Origin: Halodesulfurarchaeum sp.
Lineage (GTDB): Archaea; Halobacteriota; Halobacteria; Halobacteriales; Halobacteriaceae
Assembly (NCBI GenBank): GCA_042216905.1
Contig: JBDGTL010000026.1
Location: 45,315-87,735 of the forward strand
Reading direction: 5' to 3'
DNA: 42,421 nucleotides
Part shown: in pieces, positions 29,433 through 40,309 of the stretch
Layout of the letters: the number at the start of each line of letters is the position of its first letter
Numbering within the stretch: position 1 is the stretch's first letter
Notes under the pieces: model-generated
The model's input: the letters and a program-made list of their open reading frames with translations, nothing else
Told to the model about the DNA's origin: nothing
Databases searched by the model: none
Translations under genes and position numbers: made by a program

Positions 29433-29714
29433 TCACTCCGTGAACTCCAGTCTCCCGGCCCGCCACCCCTCGCGGAGGTGGGCATTTCCACACTCGGTGC
29501 ACCGGTAGGTGAGGTTCGTCTTCTTCGTGGGCTTATCGCCACCGGGAACTTTCGAGAACTTCCCGGCGTTTCCAATGGTCGACTCGCCGCGTTTCTCCTG
29601 ACGGTCGGACCATTTCATCCCCGTCTCCCGGCCCCGGCGAACTTTCTCCACCTCGTGCTCGGTGTGGGTGTCGCAATTCGGACAGTATGTATTGATACGT
29701 CGTGGCATCTGCAT
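29433..29714 (-). CDS. rpl44e: 50S ribosomal protein L44e (eL42)
   Basis: TYCPNC..HTEH, KPTKK, YRCTECG. Confidence 0.96.
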   Translation of the reverse strand: MQMPRRINTYCPNCDTHTEHEVEKVRRGRETGMKWSDRQEKRGESTIGNAGKFSKVPGGDKPTKKTNLTYRCTECGNAHLREGWRAGRLEFTE

Positions 29715-30079
29715 GGCGAATCGGCTCTGTTAGCATTTGATTTGCGAGGGGGACTTAAAATCCGTTTGGTTCCGGACCGGTGCGTATTCACTCGATTTTT
29801 CCGGAGGGCCATCCACCTCGATTCGTACCGTTGTGATTGATCAATCGGATACGCCGCAGTTCGATTCGTTCCCGTCGCAGTTGATTCGCGAATCCCGGAA
29901 TCGAACAGGAGAACGTGGAAACGAGGAAGTCGGGGGAAGGAAGGAGGAATAGCGGACTCGGTAGTACGGAAAGGGAGGCGGAGGAGAGGACTGGCCGACA
30001 CTCGTTCGGCTGGGTTCGTCTGTCTCGTTCGGGGGCCGCCTTCGAAACGTTTACTCCACCTACCGACGAACGAAGAGCC

Positions 30080-30346
30080 ATGAAGCGCCTGATTATCCAC
30101 GGGGACCCCGACGTCAGAAAAGACGGGATTATCGAGGTCGGTGGGGAAGAATACGTCCTCTTTCAGGTCACGCGAAACGGTGACTGGCACGGCCCGGCCC
30201 GGGTCCAACTCTGGTGTATCGCCGGATCGGAGGACGAGCGGGAGGACTTCGAACGACGGAATTTCATTCCCCAGTTCCTCGACGTCGAATCAGTCGACGC
30301 CGAGGAAGTCACCGTCACAAAGCGGGCGGGCGACCTCGCCGTGTGA
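30080..30346 (+). CDS. Conserved haloarchaeal small protein (HAH_0734-like)
   Basis: MKRLIIHGDP...GDWHGP..VQLWC...FIPQFLDV; acidic; divergent from rpl44e. Confidence 0.75.
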   Translation: MKRLIIHGDPDVRKDGIIEVGGEEYVLFQVTRNGDWHGPARVQLWCIAGSEDEREDFERRNFIPQFLDVESVDAEEVTVTKRAGDLAV

Positions 30347-30786
30347 CAGGGTACGGGTACCGGCCAGTATCTGAACCCGAGGATCTGGGGATCGACTCTT
30401 TTCAGCCCTCTTTCCGCTCTTTGACACTATTCGAACGGGCGTCTTTACCGGATAGCGGATTATATTGATAGGAACGGGCCACCAGAAAGCGAGCGACTAT
30501 CAACTGTCAAACATGAAAGCGAGTGACTGGCAAATCTGGATCACGTGATGGGTTCCGCAACGATAGTACAAAATTGAACCAAGACCGTCCTGGAAATGGA
30601 TCAGACACGTCCTCGCGGCGCTGCTGTGAGTGCACCAGTCTCGTTCGTCTTCCGTCCAGCTTCGTCCGTCGGGTTCGTCTCCCTACAATTCAGTCCACGC
30701 GTGCATCCGGCTGTTCAAAATTGTGCAATGCGACACGTTCATCGGACTGTCCAGGTTGTTCACCTGACCCGGATCCTCGGGTCGTT

Positions 30787-33078
30787 TCAGTTGTTTCGGC
30801 GAACCAGTTCGTGCCTGTGAACTCGATAAATCGTCACGGCGTCGTTCCGGTAGACCACGTGAATTCCTGGTTCGGTCCCGTAGTCCTGAACGTCGTACCG
30901 ATTTCGTTCGATCGGCCCCACGTATATGAACTCGACATCGTACTTGCGAAGCAACACTGCTCGCGACCGTGCCTCCGTCGTATTGAACAGTATTTCGACG
31001 TCCCGGACCCGTCTCCTGTAGGTATCCCCCCCGCGGTAGATTGCCTCGTGGGCCCAGCCAGCGACAGTCGGTATGCCGGTCAAACTCGACGCCGGGTTCT
31101 GCCACGAATACACCTTCCAGCCTGGTGCCGAGACGAGAAACGGCTGGCCGGGATGGTCATCGAGCCACTCGATAGCGGCGGCCTGTTTCGGATGGGTTTC
31201 GTGGGCGTATTCCATCCCGTCCAGGGTATACTCGGTTGGCCCATCCAGATGATTGTGCACGGTGAACACGCCGTAGAACGACAGCATGATGAGGAGAACG
31301 GCAACGAACACACTGCCGATTGTTTGTCGCTTCGCGGTACTGATAGATCCTATCGAGTTGGTTCTCCGGATGAAGGACGCTAAGGCCACTCCTGTGACGG
31401 GGGCCCAGATAGTCCAAATCTGCGTCGAGGTCTTGAACACCGTGTTGAAGCGACCTGGACCTGCGTTGTCGGCCAGATAGACGAACTCGACGAGGACCAC
31501 CAGACCCGCCCCCGCGACGAGAAGAACCCCATCGAACGAAAGCCTCCCCCGCCGAACGAGAATCCAACCGACTACGACAAGTGGGGCGACGAGAACCAGG
31601 CCGACAAATCCCACAGTGGCGGCGATGGCGAAAAGGGCGACGGTGATCAGGACGGCTCCCGCCAGGTGGCTTCGTTCCCGCAGGATATTGCTCCCAAGGT
31701 ACAGGGCAAAAACGAGTAGAAACGCGCCATGGACGAGAAGAAACGGCCCCAGAGGACTTCGCTCTGGGAAGAACGCGACATGTCGGCTTCCCGCACCCGC
31801 CGCGAGCGTCCCGAAGACGAATGGAAACGCGAGACCGACGGCAATCGTCCCGACCACGACCGCGACGACGACGCCGAGTGCGATGCGAAGCCCCTCATCC
31901 ACCGTCAATGAAAGTCGCCCAGTTGTCGGCTGGGAATGGCTTCGATCCGAGACGAATCGATAGGAGTCCGGAACGAGCGTCAGTGGACTGGCGGGAGCGG
32001 CCGCGACGGAGAGGGCCGTAAGCCCGAGCATTGTCGGTATACTCCACGTGTTGATGAAGATTTGCATCCCGACGACAAGCGGCACCGCACCGAAGAGAAG
32101 AGAAAGGCGCCGGCGCCGTTGCTCGGCGGGCGTCCGGTAGTACCCGTAGAGAATCCCGATCAAGAGGAGAGTGAAGGCCATGCTCATCATATGGGCGTGG
32201 AGGTCGCCGTTTCGGTAGGAGAACAGCGGGAATTCGTTGATGGTCTTCGGAATGACTCTGCTCGCCGTCCAGTAACTAAACGTCCCGGGAGTGACAGTCA
32301 CCTCCCCCGGTTTGAGGACGTAGACTCCGCTCGCGAAGTCGTCGAGGTAGACCGCGATATCCTCGATTACGAATTGCGGGAGGAGGTTCGCAGCGACCCG
32401 GGCGGGTGTGAGCAGGTTGCTGGCGAACCCGAAGACGAACGCGCCGAATAGTCCCGCCCAGACCCGGGAGATTCCACGGCTGGACGCGATTGCGCTCGCC
32501 AGCCCGTAGACCGCCGTCACCTCCATCGCGTAAAACCCGGACAGGGCCAGGGCGTATGCGAATCGCCCACTGGTGGCCGAGAGTTTGGCGAGTGTCGCAG
32601 TCAGGAGATGACCCCCATAGTAGTAGATCATGCGCTTCCCGGCGAACCACATGTCGGCGGGCGGGAGGTAATCGCTCCTCAGGATCGACTTCAGCAGGCC
32701 GTAATCGAGAAATTTCTCCCCACCAGCCGGGTAAATACCGGCCGCGGCTGCCCGGATTATTACCATGAAGAGAAACGCGACGGTGAATACAGATGCGATT
32801 TCCACGTACCTCCGTGAGTCGAACCGGAAATCTCGATATCGAACCGTCAGACCCGATACCACTAGCAGTACGGCGAACCCCGTTAGATACGTCACAAACG
32901 AAAGGACTGCGTGTCCGATCCAGAAGACGGGAAAGCCGATAACCACCAGGGCCGTCGGAATGGCCAGGGACGCACCGCGATCGGGGGTGTCTGGAAGGAG
33001 TGTCGCGGCGAGTGGCCACCCAAGGAGGAGGAGGATCTGGTACAGCCCCCACCAGACGACGACACGACCGACCTCCAT
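30787..33078 (-). CDS. DUF2298 (YYY) polytopic membrane protein, putative GT-C-like glycosylation component
   Basis: GGEKFLD, DMWFAG..IYYYGGH, INEFP.FS..GDLHAH, NTWS, RFNTVFK, TLDG, GW.HE. Confidence 0.85.
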   Translation of the reverse strand: MEVGRVVVWWGLYQILLLLGWPLAATLLPDTPDRGASLAIPTALVVIGFPVFWIGHAVLSFVTYLTGFAVLLVVSGLTVRYRDFRFDSRRYVEIASVFTVAFLFMVIIRAAAAGIYPAGGEKFLDYGLLKSILRSDYLPPADMWFAGKRMIYYYGGHLLTATLAKLSATSGRFAYALALSGFYAMEVTAVYGLASAIASSRGISRVWAGLFGAFVFGFASNLLTPARVAANLLPQFVIEDIAVYLDDFASGVYVLKPGEVTVTPGTFSYWTASRVIPKTINEFPLFSYRNGDLHAHMMSMAFTLLLIGILYGYYRTPAEQRRRRLSLLFGAVPLVVGMQIFINTWSIPTMLGLTALSVAAAPASPLTLVPDSYRFVSDRSHSQPTTGRLSLTVDEGLRIALGVVVAVVVGTIAVGLAFPFVFGTLAAGAGSRHVAFFPERSPLGPFLLVHGAFLLVFALYLGSNILRERSHLAGAVLITVALFAIAATVGFVGLVLVAPLVVVGWILVRRGRLSFDGVLLVAGAGLVVLVEFVYLADNAGPGRFNTVFKTSTQIWTIWAPVTGVALASFIRRTNSIGSISTAKRQTIGSVFVAVLLIMLSFYGVFTVHNHLDGPTEYTLDGMEYAHETHPKQAAAIEWLDDHPGQPFLVSAPGWKVYSWQNPASSLTGIPTVAGWAHEAIYRGGDTYRRRVRDVEILFNTTEARSRAVLLRKYDVEFIYVGPIERNRYDVQDYGTEPGIHVVYRNDAVTIYRVHRHELVRRNN

Positions 33079-33312
33079 GTGCGGGAGTGCCGCCTTCTGC
33101 GATATACCTTTTCGGTTTTCTATACTGCCAGGGATGAAATGAGTCCTCCGGGCAGCGTGAACTGGAGTGAGCTACAAATAGGGCCGTATCTTCCGTGTGA
33201 GTATACCTGTCGACATTCAAACGTCGAGACGATTTGACTCGTTACTCCGTTTGACCGTCCGCCAGGTTCGACCGACCACAATACTAACGGACAGAAGTAA
33301 CCGTATCGACCG

Positions 33313-33655
33313 GAAAGCCCTCGCGCCGCTCCCCGTTCGCTCGTCCGGCGGCGCCCTCGCTTCGCTCGGTTGCCGCCCGGCTCACGGCTCGCTTCCAACT
33401 CGCGGCTTCGCCGCTCGTTCATTCGGAGACTTCCTCCGGTCGTCTCCCGCTCCCCGCTCGCTCGTCCGGCGGCGCCCTCGCTTCGCTCGGTTGCCGCCCG
33501 GCTCACGGGTCGCTCCCGACTCGTGGGTCACTTCGCTCCCCGCTCGTTCATTCAAAGACTCCCTCGCTCCGTTCAGCCGTCTCCCGCTCCCCGTTCGCTC
33601 GTCCGGCGGCGCCCTCGCTTCGCTCGGTTGCCACCTACTCGCCCGTTCATTCCCC
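33313..33655. repeat. Haloarchaeal REP-like composite repeat, 3 copies of CCGCTCCCCG(T/C)TCGCTCGTCCGGCGGCGCCCTCGCTTCGCTCGGTTGCC
   Basis: Copies start near 33326, 33447, 33583; GAAAGCCC leader; hairpin-forming; very A-poor on the + strand. Confidence 0.85.
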
Positions 33656-33698
33656 CAGGTTTTCTGATTGTGTTTGACCCAGTATAGTATTCAATAGA

Positions 33699-33768
33699 TC
33701 ACACCTGTCTGATCTCGTGTCATTCGAGGGTCACGCCTGTCTGATCTCGGGTCATCCGAGAACACACC
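33699..33768. repeat. Tandem repeat, about 2 x 32 bp (TCACRCCTGTCTGATCTCGKGTCATYCGAG)
   Basis: Units at 33699 and 33731. Confidence 0.85.
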
Positions 33769-33958
33769 CTGAATCGCCTGAAGCCGGCGTCGTTACAATG
33801 AAACCGTGAATTGGATGGGGGCGTTATGCCGAGTGTCTCCCGGCAATTGGCGGATATCGTGAGTATTCTAGATGGAATTGGCCTATTTGGAGCACCAAGA
33901 AAGCGGAAATTGGGAGAACCGATTCTCGTTCGAGTTCCACACCAATCGAACGACTCGA

Positions 33959-34525
33959 TCAATCGTCTCCGTGAGCGTCCACGATAACGACTTCGCCGTC
34001 GACCACGTCGACGTTGATGAGCGTCTTGACGTGGTGGTCGGTCTCGTCGAGTTCGTTCGGACCGGTCTTCTTGATGACCGCCACGATGTCTCCGATTTCC
34101 GCACCGATGTGGTCGAGGGCCTCAGTGATGGCACGCAACGTTCCCCCGGTCGAGAGAACGTCGTCGAGGACGAGAACGCGGTCTCCCTCGTCGACGTCGT
34201 TGATGTACATCTCGCTCTCGGAATACCCCGTCTGTTGGGAGAGGGCCACTTCCCCGTCGAGACCATATCGTCGCTTTCTGATTACGACGAGAGGAATGTC
34301 CGTCATGAGTGAGACGGCAGTAGAGATGTGAATTCCCATCGCTGCCGGGGTGACGATTTTGTCGACGTCTTCCAGTTCGGCCTTCCGGATGATTTTGATC
34401 ACGATCTCCCGGAGGAGCCCCGGCTCGAGCATCGGAACGCCGTCGCTGATCGGGTGGACGAAGTAGTGATACCCCTCCTTCTCGATGATCGGGGCGTCGA
34501 GAAGCGATTCCTGGAGCTTTTCCAT
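33959..34525 (-). CDS. hpt: Hypoxanthine/guanine phosphoribosyltransferase (archaeal type)
   Basis: [37 protein letters not shown] motif. Confidence 0.92.
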   Translation of the reverse strand: MEKLQESLLDAPIIEKEGYHYFVHPISDGVPMLEPGLLREIVIKIIRKAELEDVDKIVTPAAMGIHISTAVSLMTDIPLVVIRKRRYGLDGEVALSQQTGYSESEMYINDVDEGDRVLVLDDVLSTGGTLRAITEALDHIGAEIGDIVAVIKKTGPNELDETDHHVKTLINVDVVDGEVVIVDAHGDD

Positions 34526-34728
34526 GCCGGGGATACACGACGGGTAACGAAAAGGTGACGGAACGGGATCGATGGAGTACGGAGGGCAGACGCTATCAGT
34601 ACCGATTCAGGGTCCAGTCAGTACCGATCGAGTACTGGTACCCGCTGCGTATTTTGGTTGTCGAATCGACATCATGCGTCGGAATATTTTGAGAAGGGTT
34701 AAGGCGAACCTGTGTCGAATTTGGTACC

Positions 34729-37059
34729 GTGCAACCGAATCCGGCGGCGGTCCTGACGGTGGTGGCACTCCCGTTCCTCGCCGCGTCGGTGACGCCGCTC
34801 GTCTATCGGTTTCTCGAAAACCGAACGTCGTACTTCGCCGCCGCCGTGGCCCTCGTGACGTTCGTCCTCGTCGCGAGTATGAAGGGGAAGACGGGGGAAG
34901 TCGTCTTCGCCTGGATTCCTTCCATGGACGTCGCGCTCCGCTTTTACGTGGACGGCCTCGCTATTCTCATCGGCTTTCTCGCCTCCGGTATCGGTGTTCT
35001 CATATTCGTATACTCGGACGGATACATGAAAAACGAACCCGGCCAGAAGAAGTACTACACGACGCTTCTCGTGTTCATGGGGTCGATGCTGGGCGTGGCC
35101 TTCGCCGCCGACCTCATCGCTCTCTTCGTCTTCTGGGAACTCACGAGTATTTCGTCGTTCATCCTCATCGGCCACTACACGGAGGAACGGGCGTCGCGGT
35201 ACGCCGCCCGAAAAGCGATGTTCATCACCGTCGGTGGAGGACTCTTCATGTTAATCGGGTTCATCATCCTCGCCTCGGTGACGGGGACCTACGATCTCGT
35301 GACGATGCTTCACCACCCGGAGACGGTCAGACAGAGTCTCCGATCGGCCGGAATGCTCGTTCCGGTGATCGGGCTTTTGGCAGTGGGCGCAGCCGCGAAA
35401 TCCGCGCAGGTCCCCCTCCACATCTGGCTGCCAAATGCAATGGAAGCCCCGACGCCCGTCTCCACCTTCCTCCACTCTGCGACGATGGTGAAGGCAGGCG
35501 TCTACCTCGTGGGGCGGTTCAGACCGATTCTCCTCACGGACGAGTGGATGCTCGTGTTTGCGGCCCTCGGTCTCGTTACCATGACGGTCACCGCCATCCT
35601 CGCGGTGACCGCGACCGACATCAAAGAACTCCTGGCGTACTCGACGGCCTCCCACCTCGGCCTGATCATCGCGGGGTTCGCGTTTCAAAATGCCTACGGG
35701 GCCGAGACTGGCGCGTTTCATATACTCAACCACGGACTGTTCAAAGCGGCGCTCTTTCTCGTCGCGGGCATTCTCGCCCACGAAGCGGGCACGCGATCGA
35801 TTGACGAACTGGGTGGACTCTGGCGCGATCTCCCGATCACGGCCGCCGTGACGGTGGTTGCAGGACTCGGGATGGGCGGGATTCCACCGTTCAACGGGTT
35901 TTACTCCAAGGAATTACTTTTCGAGGCGGCTTACGAAACGGCCGTGCACCTCGGCGGGGCTGCGTGGCTCTATCCTGCCGTCGCCGTCTTTGGAAGCGTC
36001 TTCACCCTCCTCTACTCGCTCCGGTTCGTGATGTTGTTTTTCGGCGATAAACCGGATGGACTTGACCACGTTCATCGGCCCCCGATGTCGATGGTGGCGC
36101 CACCCGTCCTGCTCGGAATCCTTGCTGCCGTCGTGGGAGCGGCCCCTCAACTCGCGATCGACACCATTGGCCAATCGGTCTACGAGAGTGTCGCCCAGGG
36201 GCACGCACATCAGTTCACTGTCGGCCTGCCGACGGAGATCAAACCCTCGGTACTCATGAGCACGACCGTCATTGTCGTTGGCCTCGTCACCTACCCGTTC
36301 TACAACCAGATACACGATGGCTTGAATGCGCTTGCCGAACTCGTTCCACCGATCCGGGTGGACTGGTGGTACGATAGAGCCGTTTTCGGCGTCAACAGGC
36401 TGAGCGCCGAACTCGCCGACACCGTCCAGAACGGGCTGCTCAGGACGTACGCATCCTGGACGTTCATCGGCGTGACGGCTATGACACTCACCGGATACCT
36501 CGCGACGAGTGTCACACTGCCATCGACACTTCCGGTCACACTGAAGACGCCGATCATCCTCGTCCTCCTCGTCGCCATCGTCGCAGCAGTGGCAATCACC
36601 GTTGCCCCATCGCACGTGGCGGGGGTTCTGACACTGTCGATATTGGGATTCATGGTGGCAATCTTCTACATCCTGGCCAGCGCACCGGATCTCGCGTTAA
36701 CCCAACTGGTCGTCGAGACGCTCTCGCTCGTCATCTTCCTCCTCGTCCTCGATCGACTTCCGGCGTTTTACGGATCGATTGACCGATTTCGTGCGATCCG
36801 TGACGGGATTCTGGCAGTCGCCGTTGGTGTCACAGTGACCACCACAGTGCTACTCACCACGAAGGCACGGCCCTCCCACGGCATCGCCCGGTACTTCATC
36901 GAGACCTCACTTCCCCTCGGCGGTGGGGGAAACATCGTGAACGTCATCCTCGTCGATTTCCGGGGATTCGACACGATGGGCGAGATTTCCGTCATTGCCA
37001 TGGCAGGTGTGTCGGTCCTCACCCTGATCGCGCTCAGAGAACGGGGTGAAACGTCATGA
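34729..37059 (+). CDS. mrpA: Mrp Na+/H+ antiporter subunit A
   Basis: FWELTSISSF, KSAQVPLHIWLPNAMEAPTPVS, HGLFKA, APDLALTQ, VNVILVDFRGFDTMGE. Confidence 0.94.
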   Translation: MQPNPAAVLTVVALPFLAASVTPLVYRFLENRTSYFAAAVALVTFVLVASMKGKTGEVVFAWIPSMDVALRFYVDGLAILIGFLASGIGVLIFVYSDGYMKNEPGQKKYYTTLLVFMGSMLGVAFAADLIALFVFWELTSISSFILIGHYTEERASRYAARKAMFITVGGGLFMLIGFIILASVTGTYDLVTMLHHPETVRQSLRSAGMLVPVIGLLAVGAAAKSAQVPLHIWLPNAMEAPTPVSTFLHSATMVKAGVYLVGRFRPILLTDEWMLVFAALGLVTMTVTAILAVTATDIKELLAYSTASHLGLIIAGFAFQNAYGAETGAFHILNHGLFKAALFLVAGILAHEAGTRSIDELGGLWRDLPITAAVTVVAGLGMGGIPPFNGFYSKELLFEAAYETAVHLGGAAWLYPAVAVFGSVFTLLYSLRFVMLFFGDKPDGLDHVHRPPMSMVAPPVLLGILAAVVGAAPQLAIDTIGQSVYESVAQGHAHQFTVGLPTEIKPSVLMSTTVIVVGLVTYPFYNQIHDGLNALAELVPPIRVDWWYDRAVFGVNRLSAELADTVQNGLLRTYASWTFIGVTAMTLTGYLATSVTLPSTLPVTLKTPIILVLLVAIVAAVAITVAPSHVAGVLTLSILGFMVAIFYILASAPDLALTQLVVETLSLVIFLLVLDRLPAFYGSIDRFRAIRDGILAVAVGVTVTTTVLLTTKARPSHGIARYFIETSLPLGGGGNIVNVILVDFRGFDTMGEISVIAMAGVSVLTLIALRERGETS

Positions 37060-37517
37060 CCACGGTCATCTTCCGGACGGTGACTCGACTTGGGGTCCCG
37101 ATCATCCTCCTCGTTTCCGTCGCGTTGTTTCTCCAGGGGCACAACCATCCGGGGGGTGGGTTCATCGCGGGAGTACTCACAGCCAGTGGATTCGCGCTCA
37201 TTTACATCGCCTACGGGCTCGACTTCCTGGAAGAGACGGTGCTCGGGCGTGAGGGTGACGTGATCGTGGATACGATTACCCACGGTGTCGTCGCCGATTA
37301 CAGGCAGTTGTTCGCGTTGGGACTCCTCATCGCCGCGGGCACGGGAGTGGTGGCAATGGCGCTCTCCTACCCGTTCCTGAGTCACGGGTTCACCAGGATC
37401 CACGTTTTCCTCTTCGAGGAAGTCGAACTTGCGAGTGCCGTCGCGTTCGACCTCGGCGTCTACGCAGTAGTCGTGGGATCGCTTCTCACGATACTCTCGG
37501 TGGTGGGACAGGAATGA
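37056..37517 (+). CDS. mrpB: Mrp antiporter subunit B
   Basis: GHNHPGGGFIAG, FDLGVY. Confidence 0.92.
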   Translation: MTTVIFRTVTRLGVPIILLVSVALFLQGHNHPGGGFIAGVLTASGFALIYIAYGLDFLEETVLGREGDVIVDTITHGVVADYRQLFALGLLIAAGTGVVAMALSYPFLSHGFTRIHVFLFEEVELASAVAFDLGVYAVVVGSLLTILSVVGQE

Positions 37518-37873
37518 CTCAGGCCGGAGTCCCACCGGAAACGATGCTTGCCGTTACACTCGGTCTCCTGTTCACCCTCGGGACGTTCCTGGTACTCCGT
37601 CGGGACATCGTCCGGATCATCTGGGGGGTTACCATTCTCAGCCAGGCCGCGAACGTGTACCTGATCACGATGGGCGGCATCAAGGGGACCGTCCCAATTC
37701 TCGAACACGGTGGCCCTCCGCACAATCCGATTACGGACCCGCTCGTCCAGGCGCTGGTGCTTACCGCAATCGTCATCGGTTTCGGGACGACGGCGTTCTC
37801 GCTGGTATTGACGTTCCGGGTGTACGAGGAACACGGGACCATCGACAGTGAGGAACTCGGGAGGTCGTCGTAA
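37514..37873 (+). CDS. mrpC: Mrp antiporter subunit C
   Basis: DPLVQALVLTAIVIGF. Confidence 0.93.
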   Translation: MTQAGVPPETMLAVTLGLLFTLGTFLVLRRDIVRIIWGVTILSQAANVYLITMGGIKGTVPILEHGGPPHNPITDPLVQALVLTAIVIGFGTTAFSLVLTFRVYEEHGTIDSEELGRSS

Positions 37874-39463
37874 ATGGCAGTCCACCACATCGTCGTTGCA
37901 CCCCTCGTCATTGCCCTCCTCACCGCCATCGTGACGCTCCTGTCCCGAACCAGACCCATCGTGCAGCAAGGAGGAAGCGTCCTGGGTGTCCTCACGTACG
38001 CGGTCTCGGTCGTCGTGTTGCTGTTCCGGGTGTATCCGGATACGATCCTGACCTACCAACTCGGCGGGTGGCCCGCACCCTTTGGCATCACGCTCGTCGC
38101 CGATTCCCTCTCCGTATTCATGCTCGGACTCACCGCCGTGTTGGCAGTGCCATCACTCATCTTTTCACTCCGGTACGTCGACGAGTTCGGACAGCGGGTC
38201 TCATACCACTCCCTCTTTCACTTTATGCTGGTCGGAATGACCGGGTCGTTCCTCACCGGCGACATTTTCAACATGTTCGTCTGGTTCGAGGTGATGCTCA
38301 TGGCCAGTTACGTCCTGGTGGTCTTCTTCAGCGGAAAAGCCCAGACTCGGGCGGCCCTCCGGTACGTGATCCTCAACCTGATCGGCAGTTCCGTCATGCT
38401 CCTGGCGATCGGCGGCATCTATGCGACGACCGGGACCCTCAATATGGCCGACCTGGCGAGACGGTTGAACAATCCTGCCGCGTATGGGTTCGATCCGGCA
38501 CCGGTACTCGGGTTGTCCGCCCTCCTGTTCGCCGTCTTCGCGTTGAAAGCCGGTCTGGTTCCATTCCAGTTCTGGGTGCCCTCTGCCTATCGTGCAGCGC
38601 CGGCACCGGTCACGGCCATGCTCGCGGGCGCGGTGAAGAAGGTCGGCGTGTACGCCATCATACGGCTTTACTTCGGTATTTTCGCCACCGCCAGCCTCCC
38701 CGTCTCGCTCCCTGGGATCGGTGGCCGCTCGGTCCTCGCCTTCTTCGGACCAGTGCTCTTCGTGATGGCGACAGCGAGCATCGTCTTTGGCGGGACGGGC
38801 GCCATCGCCAGAGATGACATTGAGGGGTTGCTTGCCTACTCTAGTATTGGACAAGTCGGATTCATCGTCCTGCCCCTCGCGATCGCGGCCACCATCCCAT
38901 CGTTACGGTCGCTCGCAATCGCCGCCACCCTCGTGTATGCGTTGAACCACGCCCTGGCAAAGGGAATGCTCTTCCTGGTCGCCGGAACGATCCGCTCGGC
39001 GGCGGGAACGACCGACTTCCACGAGATAAGTGGTCTCGCGAACGTCGCGCCGGGTGTGACGGGGGCATTCTTCGTGGGTGGCCTCGCCCTGGTAGGAATT
39101 CCGCCCCTCTCCGGGTTCTTTGCGAAATTACTCGTGTTCGAAACCGCGCTCGGCGCCCGCACGGCGCTTCCACTCGGGATCGCGCTTTTCGGGGCGATCT
39201 TGACGATCGCGTACGTTTCGAGGGCCTGGAATCGGGGCTTCTGGGGCGACACATCCGGGGCGGTCGCCAACGTGGAGATCGATCGCGTGCAAATCGCCCT
39301 GGTCCTGGCACTCGCCATCGGAATCGTGGCGGTCGGCGTCGGATTCGACGTGATCCTTGACCTGGCCAGGGCAGCGAGTGACGCGGCGCTGTCCCGGAGT
39401 GCCTACATCGACGCCGTGGATCTCACGTCACTCGAAGCAGTGATCGGTGGTGGTCAGGCGTGA
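37874..39463 (+). CDS. mrpD: Mrp antiporter subunit D
   Basis: GGWPAPFGI, TGDIFNMFVWFEVM, KAGLVP, LLAYSSIGQVG, GIPPLSGFFAK. Confidence 0.93.
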   Translation: MAVHHIVVAPLVIALLTAIVTLLSRTRPIVQQGGSVLGVLTYAVSVVVLLFRVYPDTILTYQLGGWPAPFGITLVADSLSVFMLGLTAVLAVPSLIFSLRYVDEFGQRVSYHSLFHFMLVGMTGSFLTGDIFNMFVWFEVMLMASYVLVVFFSGKAQTRAALRYVILNLIGSSVMLLAIGGIYATTGTLNMADLARRLNNPAAYGFDPAPVLGLSALLFAVFALKAGLVPFQFWVPSAYRAAPAPVTAMLAGAVKKVGVYAIIRLYFGIFATASLPVSLPGIGGRSVLAFFGPVLFVMATASIVFGGTGAIARDDIEGLLAYSSIGQVGFIVLPLAIAATIPSLRSLAIAATLVYALNHALAKGMLFLVAGTIRSAAGTTDFHEISGLANVAPGVTGAFFVGGLALVGIPPLSGFFAKLLVFETALGARTALPLGIALFGAILTIAYVSRAWNRGFWGDTSGAVANVEIDRVQIALVLALAIGIVAVGVGFDVILDLARAASDAALSRSAYIDAVDLTSLEAVIGGGQA

Positions 39464-40029
39464 AAATCGACCGTCATTACCTTGCGGCGATAATTCTGGC
39501 AGTGCTGTGGCTCTTCGTCCGAGGTGTCTCCCTCGACCCCAGAGTCATCGTGAGCGAATTCCTGATCGGACTTCTCATTGGCTTTGCCATTGCATTCCTC
39601 TTCAGACGATTATACGAGGGACGAGCGAACGTGAGCTACGGCGTTCGCGCCGCCCCGTATGCGATCCTCTACGTCCTCGCGTTTCTGAAAGAACTGGTGG
39701 TGGCCAACCTGGACGTGGCCTACCGGGTCGTCGCACCGAGTATGCCCATCGAACCAGCGGTGTTGTACATCCCGCTCAGGGTACAGCGACCCGTGGCCAT
39801 CTCCACGATCGCGAACAGTATTACGCTCACGCCGGGAACGTTGACGATGGAACACGACCAGGAGGAAAACGCACTCTACGTCCACACGATCGACGGTCAC
39901 GATCCCGAGGGCGTCGTGGCACCGATTCGCCGGTGGGAGGATTACGCCCTCATCATCTTCGGCGAGGAGAAGAATCCGGGCGATCCGTCTCGGGAAACGC
40001 GAGTGGGAGGGGAGAAGGATGACCGTTGA
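39460..40029 (+). CDS. mrpE: Mrp antiporter subunit E
   Basis: ANLDVA, ANSITLTPGT, LYVH. Confidence 0.92.
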   Translation: MKIDRHYLAAIILAVLWLFVRGVSLDPRVIVSEFLIGLLIGFAIAFLFRRLYEGRANVSYGVRAAPYAILYVLAFLKELVVANLDVAYRVVAPSMPIEPAVLYIPLRVQRPVAISTIANSITLTPGTLTMEHDQEENALYVHTIDGHDPEGVVAPIRRWEDYALIIFGEEKNPGDPSRETRVGGEKDDR

Positions 40030-40309
40030 GGCCAGTGTTCTCGATACGATCGTCCAGGCCGGCCTGATCGTGGCCAGTCTCATGACGCTGCTCGCTGCGT
40101 GGCGGGTGATCCGTGGGCCGACCGTTCCCGACCGGGTCGTTGCACTCGATACGATCGGAACGAACGTCGTGGCGATCGCGGTCCTCTTCGCTATCGCAAC
40201 CGGGGAAGGACTCTTTATCACGGTCGGTCTGGTCCTGGCCATCATAGGCTTCATCAGTACCGTCACGGTCGCCAAGTACGTTATCGAGGGGGACATCATT
40301 CGACGATGA
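40019..40309 (+). CDS. mrpF: Mrp antiporter subunit F
   Basis: RVIRGPTVPDRVVALD. Confidence 0.92.
   Translation: MTVEASVLDTIVQAGLIVASLMTLLAAWRVIRGPTVPDRVVALDTIGTNVVAIAVLFAIATGEGLFITVGLVLAIIGFISTVTVAKYVIEGDIIRR

Noticed and set aside
29818-29890. Weak direct repeats (TCGATTCGT x2; also TCAGTACCGAT x2 near 34596-34628)
   Set aside because: Only two short degenerate copies each; could be chance.
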